Of a DNA stretch of 51,796 nucleotides, positions 9,228 through 16,705 are shown one piece after another (position 1 is the stretch's first letter; each line of letters begins with the position of its first letter). The position numbers were made by a program, and so were the translations under genes. Origin of the DNA: a virus; the IMG/VR virus record IMGVR_UViG_3300036945_001058; one strand, given 5' to 3'. Below the pieces are notes generated by a model. The model saw only the letters and a list, made by a program, of their open reading frames with translations. It made no database searches and was not told the origin of the DNA.

Positions 9228-9466
9228 TGAGCTGGATTTATTGCAATGAAAGATTACCAATGTGTTACATTACAGGAAATTGGGATGGTAAGAAAAGTGA
9301 TAATTTTATTGGAGAAACAATAACAGGTAAACAATTCTTAGGCTGTTGTTACGAAGGAACGATGGACGGCTCTAAATTCTTTGATTGGTATCAAATAGAC
9401 GAGATAAATAGAAATGATTGGTTAGTCTTAGATTCGGTTGTTCGTTGGTTACCGATTCCGTTTTAA
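9182..9466 (+). CDS. DUF551-like phage protein (cassette cargo)
   Basis: WIYCNERLP...VVRWLPIP; ends GTTATGAGCTGGATT / AATCTAGCTCATAAC (14/15). Confidence 0.7.
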   Translation: MKNSKNNTQSSQSCVMSWIYCNERLPMCYITGNWDGKKSDNFIGETITGKQFLGCCYEGTMDGSKFFDWYQIDEINRNDWLVLDSVVRWLPIPF

Positions 9467-9475
9467 TCTAGCTCA

Positions 9476-9603
9476 TAACGGTTGCGTGTATGGGAAGTGG
9501 CGGAGAGTTTGCCAAAACTTCACAAGTACAGACTGATTTTTAAATTAATAACCCAAACTCAAAAACACAAAACTAACCCCGCCATTTACTATACACGTTG
9601 TTA
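9476..9603 (+). repeat. Long-type cassette hairpin site
   Basis: CGTGTATGGGAAGTGGCGG pairs with CCGCCATTTACTATACACG. Confidence 0.9.
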
Positions 9604-9628
9604 TATGATGGCTTTTTATTCAGAAATT

Positions 9629-10000
9629 ATGATAACAAAAGAAGAATTTTTAAAAGCATTGGAAATTGTAAATAATTACAAAATACAAGTTTCAGAACAA
9701 TTTGAAGAAATGAAAAAAGATTTAGACAAAAAAAGTTTTAGTCATTTATCAATTACAAAAGACACTTCAATAAATGATTCTGATTTAAGTGTAAGGGCAT
9801 TAAATGCCTTAAAAGCAAATTCAGATAAACTTGACTGTTTAAAAGGATTAAGCTGGAATTGGAATAAATGCGAAGTAACAATAGGTCATTTTGAAGGTTT
9901 GAAAAAATCTGATTTATATGGATTTAGAAATATTGGAAAAAAAACTATTGACGAAATAGAAAGAATGTTTTTTGAAGCAGGGATAGTCCTCGTTGGGTAA
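9629..10000 (+). CDS. RNA polymerase alpha C-terminal-domain-like protein (cassette cargo)
   Basis: SINDSDLSVRALNALK...TIG...DLYGFRNIGKKTIDEIE; ends GTTATATGATGGCTT / AAGCTATCATATAAC. Confidence 0.8.
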   Translation: MITKEEFLKALEIVNNYKIQVSEQFEEMKKDLDKKSFSHLSITKDTSINDSDLSVRALNALKANSDKLDCLKGLSWNWNKCEVTIGHFEGLKKSDLYGFRNIGKKTIDEIERMFFEAGIVLVG

Positions 10001-10009
10001 GCTATCATA

Positions 10010-10133
10010 TAACGTCCTGCGGCTTTGTGCAGGCGGGAAAATAAAACCGAATAATTGAATTAATCAATAATAATAAAAATACAAGACAATGACTGAATTA
10101 AACCAAATGCCCGCTTGCTCAAAACCGCTGTTA
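10010..10133 (+). repeat. Long-type cassette hairpin site carrying the methyltransferase start codon
   Basis: GCGGCTTTGTGCAGGCGGG pairs with CCCGCTTGCTCAAAACCGC (16/19); ATG 10089 in the loop. Confidence 0.9.
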
Positions 10134-10985
10134 CCCGCAGTACTTTCTCTTTTTGATGGAATATCTTGTGGTCAAATAGCGCTACAACGAGCAGGAATAA
10201 AAGTGAATGAATATTATGCAAGTGAAATTGATAAAGAGGCGATAAGTATTGCTAAAAATAACTTTGTAAACACTAAACACATAGGAAGTGTTACAGATGT
10301 ATTTGCTAAAGACTTGCCAAAAATAAAATTAATAATGGGAGGTAGTCCTTGTCAAGGTTTTTCATCAAGTGGAAAAGGATTAAATTTTGAAGACCCACGA
10401 AGTAAATTATTTTTTGAATTTGTACGGCTTATTAAAGAATGTGAACCTGAATATTTTTTACTTGAAAATGTGAAAATGAAAAAAGAGTATCAAGACATTA
10501 TAACTGAACATTTAGGAGTTGAGCCAATAGAAATAAATAGCAATCTAGTTTCAGCTCAAAATAGAAAAAGGATTTACTGGACTAATATACCAAACGTAAC
10601 ACAACCTAAAGACAAAGGTATTTTTCTTAAAGATATTGTAGAAGATAATTATATAAATTCAGCAGCAAAAAGGACAAGACCATTAGCAAATGAAGGAAAA
10701 AGAAAATCTCTTTGCTTGGAAGTTCACGGAATAGAAAAAAGTATGTGCTTAGTAACGGTAAACTTAAACAATCTATTATCTCCTTTACCGAGAGGAAAAT
10801 ATATTGATGCTGGAATAAATGATTACCCAAACAGAGTGATGAATGTTAGCGAGATGGAAAAGTTACAAACAGTTCCAGTAGGATATGTAGGTAATATAAG
10901 CCAAAATAAAGCCGCAAAAGTATTAGGCAATGGATGGACAGTTGATGTTATCGCACACATCCTTTCTTTTATACCGCAGTCGTAG
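10089..10985 (+). CDS. C5 cytosine DNA methyltransferase (cassette cargo)
   Basis: LSLFDG (I), GSPCQGFS (IV), LENV (VI), QNRKRIYW (VIII), LGNGW (X); ends GTTACCCGCAGTACT / AGTATTGCGGGTAAC. Confidence 0.95.
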   Translation: MTELNQMPACSKPLLPAVLSLFDGISCGQIALQRAGIKVNEYYASEIDKEAISIAKNNFVNTKHIGSVTDVFAKDLPKIKLIMGGSPCQGFSSSGKGLNFEDPRSKLFFEFVRLIKECEPEYFLLENVKMKKEYQDIITEHLGVEPIEINSNLVSAQNRKRIYWTNIPNVTQPKDKGIFLKDIVEDNYINSAAKRTRPLANEGKRKSLCLEVHGIEKSMCLVTVNLNNLLSPLPRGKYIDAGINDYPNRVMNVSEMEKLQTVPVGYVGNISQNKAAKVLGNGWTVDVIAHILSFIPQS

Positions 10986-10994
10986 TATTGCGGG

Positions 10995-11120
10995 TAACGG
11001 TTTGCATATAGGTGATGTGGCGGATTTTGGAAACGGAACTGTCAATAACCGATGAACTTAAATTGAAAAACGAAACTTAATATTAACCGAGAACCCCGCC
11101 ATATTGCCTATGTGCTGTTA
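10995..11120 (+). repeat. Long-type cassette hairpin site
   Basis: GCATATAGGTGATGTGGCGG pairs with CCGCCATATTGCCTATGTGC (16/20). Confidence 0.9.
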
Positions 11121-11151
11121 GTGGCAGGGCTTCTCACAAAAATAAAACAGA

Positions 11152-11289
11152 ATGATAACAGTAATAGCAATATTAATAATTGCCTTAGTAGTAGAAATTC
11201 AGTTAAGTCCACGATTAGGATTTGCAAGAGATAATAGAATATTGCTATGGTATGGTAAACGAAATCGTAAATATGTGGTGCTTCTTTAG
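11152..11289 (+). CDS. 45-aa membrane-anchored peptide (sole cargo of cassette 11117-11302; not in the ORF track)
   Basis: MITVIAILIIALVVEIQLSPRLGF...; ends GTTAGTGGCAGGGCT / AGCCTTGCCACTAAC. Confidence 0.65.
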   Translation: MITVIAILIIALVVEIQLSPRLGFARDNRILLWYGKRNRKYVVLL

Positions 11290-11298
11290 CCTTGCCAC

Positions 11299-11369
11299 TA
11301 ACGCATTTGCTACACGACGGTCGCCTATGCACCATCGAGATTTTGGCGACTGGCTTGTAGCTGTTGTTA
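11299..11369 (+). repeat. Short-type (71 bp) cassette hairpin site
   Basis: GCTACACGACGGTCGCC-TATG...GATTTT-GGCGACTGGCTTGTAGC. Confidence 0.85.
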
Positions 11370-11409
11370 TATTCTCGGCTTTTTTTATCACTCACTAAAT
11401 AAATTAAAT

Positions 11410-11565
11410 ATGAAATTTATAATAAAAAACACAAGTAGTTCATATCCTAAAACTATTTTTCACTTTACGATAATAGAGTTAAGATTTATAAATACTTATC
11501 AAGTATGGGCAATTAATTTAGTTGTTTTAAACATATTATTTAAGATTTTAAAAGAGAAAATATGA
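11410..11565 (+). CDS. Small hypothetical protein (51 aa)
   Basis: A-rich leader; ATGA overlap with next ORF. Confidence 0.45.
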   Translation: MKFIIKNTSSSYPKTIFHFTIIELRFINTYQVWAINLVVLNILFKILKEKI

Positions 11566-11723
11566 AGCCATTAGGGAGAATGAAAAATATAAAAGGTTGT
11601 GGAAAATGGAAAAGGTCATTTTTTAAAATAGGTAATTGGTGGGAAGAAATGACAGAGCCAATAAGTAATAAATCTGCAAGAAGAAAATTAAAACAACAAT
11701 TTAAAAAAAACAATTATGTGTAA
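11562..11723 (+). CDS. Small basic hypothetical protein (53 aa)
   Basis: MKPLGR...NWWEEM; overlaps both neighbours. Confidence 0.5.
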   Translation: MKPLGRMKNIKGCGKWKRSFFKIGNWWEEMTEPISNKSARRKLKQQFKKNNYV

Positions 11724-11943
11724 TTCAATAATAATAAATTTAGGAGAAAAAGAAATAGGAACTCCAAGAGATTTTTTAAAACATTTTGGGTTTATGCCAG
11801 AAAAAAGTATAGATGAAATTGGAATGGACTGTTGCTTATGTAATTGTGACCTTGAAAAAACTTTAAATGAACATAAAATACCATTTAAAAACGATTGCGG
11901 AGATTTTTATGTAGGAATGTTAGATAAATTAATATGGACTTAA
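11716..11943 (+). CDS. Cys-rich hypothetical protein
   Basis: DCCLCNCD; inside four-gene cassette 11366-12261. Confidence 0.6.
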   Translation: MCNSIIINLGEKEIGTPRDFLKHFGFMPEKSIDEIGMDCCLCNCDLEKTLNEHKIPFKNDCGDFYVGMLDKLIWT

Positions 11944-11946
11944 AAA

Positions 11947-12216
11947 ATGAACAAAATAGAATATTTTAACAGATATAGTGATACTCATTTACCTGATAAA
12001 ATGGGTAGATGGGCAAGAATAGGAATTTATAATAATATCCGAGTTTCTTGGATAAGTAGAGTTCAAACAAAAGATAAAGTAGTTTTTTGCGCAAGTTGTC
12101 ATTTTCCAACTATGCAAAATGATACAGTGAACGAAAGTAAAGTTTTCTTTAGTTTAGAAGAAGCAAAAGATTTCGTTTCTGAAAGATGGAATTTCTTTTT
12201 AAATGCAATAAAATAA
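11947..12216 (+). CDS. Hypothetical protein
   Basis: ORF track; inside cassette 11366-12261. Confidence 0.6.
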   Translation: MNKIEYFNRYSDTHLPDKMGRWARIGIYNNIRVSWISRVQTKDKVVFCASCHFPTMQNDTVNESKVFFSLEEAKDFVSERWNFFLNAIK

Positions 12217-12257
12217 CCTGAGTAGCTTTGGTTACAAAGTTGCTCGAAGCTGGAATA

Positions 12258-12384
12258 TAACGTTATCAGGCTTGCAGAAGTGGCAAAAAAGCAAGCCTAT
12301 ATTTTCGGTTAAAGACCGAGCCACAAAGACACAAAAACAACTTTAAATTAAACCTGAACTTGCCATTTTTGCAAACCTGCGTTA
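12258..12384 (+). repeat. Long-type cassette hairpin site
   Basis: CAGGCTTGCAGAAGTGGCAA pairs with TTGCCATTTTTGCAAACCTG (17/20). Confidence 0.9.
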
Positions 12385-12413
12385 GTGGCAGTACGGGAAC
12401 TAAAACAAAAATT

Positions 12414-12596
12414 ATGGAATATTTTTTAGGAGAAATAAAATACTCTCCAAATACAGGAATTTGGGTTGAAATACCAAAATTAATAAAGGCAGAAAACAAA
12501 ATGGAAGCCGAAAAAAAATTAAAGTTATACGCAGTTGCAAATGTAGCTAAAGAGTATCATAACTATATGTTTGTAAATGTCTTTGAAACTCTATAA
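12414..12596 (+). CDS. Hypothetical protein (last cassette)
   Basis: Ends GTTAGTGGCAGTAC (12381) / GTATTGCCACTAAC (12600). Confidence 0.65.
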   Translation: MEYFLGEIKYSPNTGIWVEIPKLIKAENKMEAEKKLKLYAVANVAKEYHNYMFVNVFETL

Positions 12597-12650
12597 CGAG
12601 TATTGCCACTAACTATTCGCTACACGCTATAAAAGTATAACTTATATGCT

Positions 12651-12839
12651 ATGAAACCTCTAATTTACACAGAAGTTGTTGTTTTAAAAATAACACTTAT
12701 TCAGAAGCAAACTTTAGAAAAATTAAAAGTTAGGAATGTGAAAGTTTCTGACTTTATTAGAAAAGCAATTGCTGAAAAAATAAAACGTGATGCAAAAGAA
12801 TTAGAAGTAAAACCAAAAAAAGTAAAATATCCTTTTTAA
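12651..12839 (+). CDS. Ribbon-helix-helix-like DNA-binding protein
   Basis: VVVLKIT...LEKLK...VKVSDFIRKAIAEKI. Confidence 0.65.
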   Translation: MKPLIYTEVVVLKITLIQKQTLEKLKVRNVKVSDFIRKAIAEKIKRDAKELEVKPKKVKYPF

Positions 12840-12974
12840 TAAATTAAAAAAACAAAATAAAATGGCAAGAGCAAATTTCATAAATAAAGCACAGAAAGAC
12901 ATTTTCAATTACGATGAGATAACACAATTCGAACTGTAAGCGTCAAAATTTTGCAATTAAAAACACCTTAGATT

Positions 12975-13274
12975 ATGAAAAAAAACCTAGATATGAATTT
13001 TAGAGACCCTACGTTTCAAGAATTATTTCCATTAGCACATGCTAATTCAGCAAAACCTTCGTTAGCGCAAGAAGATGATAGTTTTTTAATTTATCCTTTT
13101 GAAAATACGTCAGAGGAAGAAAAAGACAAAGTGATAAAAGGATTTTTAGAATTGACAGCTAAACATTCACTACAAATTTTTAAATCATTAGGTTTAAAGG
13201 TTGGCTTTGAAGGTACTGTTATAGAAGATACGACTGGAGATAAGTTTGAGTTTTCTTTTAAAAAGATAGTTTAG
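12975..13274 (+). CDS. Hypothetical protein
   Basis: ORF track. Confidence 0.55.
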   Translation: MKKNLDMNFRDPTFQELFPLAHANSAKPSLAQEDDSFLIYPFENTSEEEKDKVIKGFLELTAKHSLQIFKSLGLKVGFEGTVIEDTTGDKFEFSFKKIV

Positions 13275-13334
13275 TGTTTTTATAAAAATCACTAATAATT
13301 AATTTATTATTAATATTATATAAAATCATAAATT

Positions 13335-15212
13335 ATGAAAACAAACATAGCTCTTAGAGACCACCAACACGAATCTTTTCAGTTTTTAAATTCTGATTTT
13401 GAAAAGCTAGTTTTAGCAATGTGTCCAAGTAGCGGAAAAACCGAAACCATCATTTATTACATAGACCAACTTTTTAAACAAAACCAAAATTTAAAAGTTT
13501 TAATTCTTCCGCACTCAACAAATGTTTTACTGAATAATTTTCACGATAGACTAGAACAAAGAAATGTTGGGTTTACCTATTCGACTGACACGTCTGTTAA
13601 TTGTAATGTTCATATAATTTTACCTCAAAGCAAAGCTAAAATAAAAGACGAATACGACTTGCTTATAGTTGATGAAGCGCACGAAAATTATTTTGCTAAA
13701 ACAGTTCAAAATATCATAAACAAGACTAAACCTAAAAAGCAAATACTTTTAACAGGTACGCCTTATAAGTTTATCGGTAAAGAGGGTTTTAAAATTCATT
13801 TTTTAGCACTAAACGAGTTGGATAAAAATACAATTCCTAAATTAAGAGTCGACATCATTGAGTCAAATTACCAATGGAACGGAAACTATAATTCTCTTGG
13901 GGAGGTAAAAAAAGAATTCGATTTTAATAATGCCGACACAAAAGTTACTTTAGATAAAACATTTGACTTTATACTTAAAAGAGGTAATAAACAAAAAAAA
14001 TCTATAAGCAAAACGCTAATTATTTGTAACAATATTAAACAGTCAGAATACGTTAAGAATTATTTAGACGATATTGGTTTACTTTCGGTTCTTTCAAACT
14101 CAAAAAACGATATTAAATCTGAATTAATCCAAGATTTTAAGCAAAATAAAATAAATATATTAATTGTAGTAAATAGAGCGAGATTGGGATATGATGACAT
14201 TGACTTGATTAATTTAATTGATATGTCAGGAACGCTAAATCCTAATCTTATCTATCAAATGATTGCAAGGGTTTTGAGAGGTTCTAACGACATTCAAAAA
14301 TACTATATTTGCTTAACCTCAAAGAAAGACGAAAGTTTAAATTCTGAAATAGCTACCAATTTAGCATTGATGTTGACTGACAAAAAATACATAAGCACTT
14401 TTAACGGCAAAAACTTTAACAAACAAGTAGTAATAGTTTCTAATCTTTTCTCAAAAAAACACATTTTAAAAACTTCAAATTTTACTAAAAATAGCCCAAA
14501 ATTATTAGTTAATACAGATGATATAATTTCTTTCTATAGAAACACGATTAGTGATATTGAAAAAGAAAAAGGAGTTTATAAGTTTTGTAAAATCAAAGAT
14601 GTTTTAATTGAATTAAGTATTATAAAAAAACATACATTACAGTCTTGTAAACAAAGTGCTTTAAAATGCAAAACAATTAAAGATTGGGAAAAAAACGATA
14701 CAAAAAGTTACGCTTCGGCACGCCATAATAATTGGTACGAAGAATGCTGTAAGCACTTTACTAGACTAAAAAATACACGAACCTTAGAAGAATGTAAAGA
14801 AATAGCATCTAAATTTAACACAAGAAGTAAATGGAGAAAGTCTGACCCGAATAGTTATGCTTATGCAAAAAAAAATTTTTGGTTAGAAGAATGTTGTGTA
14901 AACATGAATAGGGTTTATATTAAACATACATTACAATCCTGTAAAGAAAGTGCTTCTATATTTAATAATAAAAAAGAATGGAGAAAATTCGATGATAAAA
15001 GCTATAAATCAGCAGACCTTAACGGATGGATGGAAGAGTGTTGCTTACACATGAAATCAAGATACGTCAAGCATACATTAGAGTCTTGTATTGAAAGTGC
15101 TTCAAATTGCACTGGTTATAGAGAATGGAGGGTATTCGACAGTAAAAGTCACCGTTTTGCACAAAGTAGAGGATGGTATAAGGAATGCGCTAAACATTAT
15201 AAAAAAAAATAA
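13335..15212 (+). CDS. SF2 DEAH helicase with four C-terminal ~49-aa repeats
   Basis: LRDHQ Q-motif, CPSSGKT, IVDEAH, LTGTP, QMIARVLR; repeats HTLxSC...W...D..SY..A...W.EEC. Confidence 0.85.
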   Translation: MKTNIALRDHQHESFQFLNSDFEKLVLAMCPSSGKTETIIYYIDQLFKQNQNLKVLILPHSTNVLLNNFHDRLEQRNVGFTYSTDTSVNCNVHIILPQSKAKIKDEYDLLIVDEAHENYFAKTVQNIINKTKPKKQILLTGTPYKFIGKEGFKIHFLALNELDKNTIPKLRVDIIESNYQWNGNYNSLGEVKKEFDFNNADTKVTLDKTFDFILKRGNKQKKSISKTLIICNNIKQSEYVKNYLDDIGLLSVLSNSKNDIKSELIQDFKQNKINILIVVNRARLGYDDIDLINLIDMSGTLNPNLIYQMIARVLRGSNDIQKYYICLTSKKDESLNSEIATNLALMLTDKKYISTFNGKNFNKQVVIVSNLFSKKHILKTSNFTKNSPKLLVNTDDIISFYRNTISDIEKEKGVYKFCKIKDVLIELSIIKKHTLQSCKQSALKCKTIKDWEKNDTKSYASARHNNWYEECCKHFTRLKNTRTLEECKEIASKFNTRSKWRKSDPNSYAYAKKNFWLEECCVNMNRVYIKHTLQSCKESASIFNNKKEWRKFDDKSYKSADLNGWMEECCLHMKSRYVKHTLESCIESASNCTGYREWRVFDSKSHRFAQSRGWYKECAKHYKKK

Positions 15213-15222
15213 AAATTTATTA

Positions 15223-15262
15223 TAAATAAGTTTTTATATTGTAAATAAGTTTTTTATATTTG
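15223..15262 (+). promoter_or_regulatory. Promoter TATATTTG overlapped by a tandem 18-19 bp direct repeat
   Basis: TAAATAAGTTTTT(T)ATATT twice (15223-15240, 15242-15260); TATATTTG 15255-15262. Confidence 0.65.
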
Positions 15263-15299
15263 TACTCAAGAAACTTAAAAACAAACAAATTTTAAAACT

Positions 15300-16217
15300 A
15301 TGGAAGCAATTCAAACAGAAAAACCGCAAGAAGTAATCGCTGATAAAAGCGAAATCTACAACAAAACGTTCGAGTTATTATCTGACACCAAAACTACTTG
15401 GGGTGTTACTAAGAAACCTTTAACTTGTCCTGACGGCTACCCTACTGAATCATTTGGTATTTATCGTAATGATAATAATAAATGGCTAGGTACTGTTGGT
15501 AAAACCTACGAACTGATGCAGAACGCAACTTTGGCTGAAAACATCATTGAAGCATCAATGGATATTAGCGAAAAATTTAGAGGTGGAGAGCTTTATGGAG
15601 GTAAGAAAGTTTATTACCAAGCACAATTGCAAGATTCTCAAATTGCCAACGACACAATTAAAAGATACATAACTGGTCTGAACAGCCACGATGGTTCTTC
15701 TTCAATCGGATTTGGCTTTACCAATACCGTTGTAGTTTGTCAAAACACATTTTATATGGCTATGAAGGAAGTCAATCGATTTAGACATAGTGCTTCTGCG
15801 CAACAAAGAGTTGAATTAGCAAGAGAAGAAATCAGAAGGGTTTTAAAAGCAGAAAGTGGTCTTCTTGACAACTACAAACGTATGGCTGATACTAAAATCA
15901 GTACCGCAGTTACCAAAAGAGTTATCGCCGACTTGTTCAAATTTTCAGAAGAAGATTTTGACAAAGATGTAAAAGAATTTTCCACAAAAAAAGTAAACGA
16001 CTTAGCCAAGTTTAATGTAATACTTGAGTCTGAATTAAACTCTCACGGTCAAACATTATGGGGTCTTTTTAATGCAGTTACTTGGAAAACCAATCACGAT
16101 GATGTGAAAGGAGAAAAAGGTTTGGAAAATGTTATGGTCGGTTCTGGTTATAGAAAAAATCTAAATGCTTATGGAATCATAGTTGATTCTTTGCCGAAAT
16201 TAGCAGTAACAGTATAA
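15300..16217 (+). CDS. DUF932-family phage/plasmid protein
   Basis: LGTVGKTYELMQN, NSHDGSSS, VVCQNT, TLWGLFNAVT. Confidence 0.85.
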   Translation: MEAIQTEKPQEVIADKSEIYNKTFELLSDTKTTWGVTKKPLTCPDGYPTESFGIYRNDNNKWLGTVGKTYELMQNATLAENIIEASMDISEKFRGGELYGGKKVYYQAQLQDSQIANDTIKRYITGLNSHDGSSSIGFGFTNTVVVCQNTFYMAMKEVNRFRHSASAQQRVELAREEIRRVLKAESGLLDNYKRMADTKISTAVTKRVIADLFKFSEEDFDKDVKEFSTKKVNDLAKFNVILESELNSHGQTLWGLFNAVTWKTNHDDVKGEKGLENVMVGSGYRKNLNAYGIIVDSLPKLAVTV

Positions 16218-16223
16218 ATCAAT

Positions 16224-16244
16224 AGGGGCTGAAAAGCCCCTTTT
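16224..16244 (+). terminator. Rho-independent terminator
   Basis: AGGGGCT-GAAA-AGCCCCT-TTT. Confidence 0.85.
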
Positions 16245-16257
16245 AAAAATTAAAAAC

Positions 16258-16602
16258 ATGTCGAAAGAAACTGAAGAAAATATCAAAAAAGAATTAGGCA
16301 GTGTAATGACTGCTGACGGAGAATTAAAAGTCATAAAAAACTTTAGCGTTAAAACTGAAAACCGACAGATAATACTTGGTTATCTTGAAGATGAAACTAC
16401 AATTATAACTGTAAAACGGTTTAAAGAAAGTGAAGAAAATCCATATACGGAATTGATAACCGAACAAATAATGAGACTTTCTAAATTGACAATTTTTCTT
16501 TTAACAGCTTGTCTGCTCAAAGGCAATGTTGATTTTGGTATAGATTCTGAAAGTATTATCGAGGAATTGAAAAAAAAAGATAGCAACAAAGCGGATTCTT
16601 AA
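16258..16602 (+). CDS. Hypothetical protein
   Basis: ORF track, A-rich leader. Confidence 0.6.
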   Translation: MSKETEENIKKELGSVMTADGELKVIKNFSVKTENRQIILGYLEDETTIITVKRFKESEENPYTELITEQIMRLSKLTIFLLTACLLKGNVDFGIDSESIIEELKKKDSNKADS

Positions 16603-16705
16603 AATAACCAATACTAAATGAAAAAAATAAAAAATGCTTTAATTGAAGTTGTTGCTTGGTTTTTAATATTATCGCTAATTATAGCAATTTTAAAATACAT
16701 AATTT

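Larger units (their letters stand above)
404..12645 (+). mobile_element. Integron-like gene cassette array (no integrase in window)
   Basis: About 16 gene units each start with GTTA+~11 nt and end with the near reverse complement (...TAAC). They are separated by imperfect TAAC...GTTA hairpins and all cargo is on the + strand. Confidence 0.85.

Noticed and set aside
4710-12384. Hairpin sites as simple rho-independent terminators or REP/MITE copies
   Set aside because: No U-tracts, mostly long loops, little primary-sequence identity between copies, and cassette-specific outer complementarity that terminators or MITEs do not explain.
4443-12413. GTG/TTG upstream starts for ORFs 4443, 7028, 7527, 8315, 9482 and 12360
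   Set aside because: They lie in or beside site arms without A-rich leaders; downstream ATGs (4485, 7100, 7536, 8354, 9629, 12414) fit better.
4375-12613. Repeats as a CRISPR array
   Set aside because: Repeats are not identical, are 71-130 bp, and the intervening sequences are whole genes; no cas genes.
15241-15250. GTAAATAAGT matching the start of the TnpB copy-1 guide (possible self-target)
   Set aside because: Only 10 nt in very AT-rich DNA and not preceded by TTAC; likely chance.
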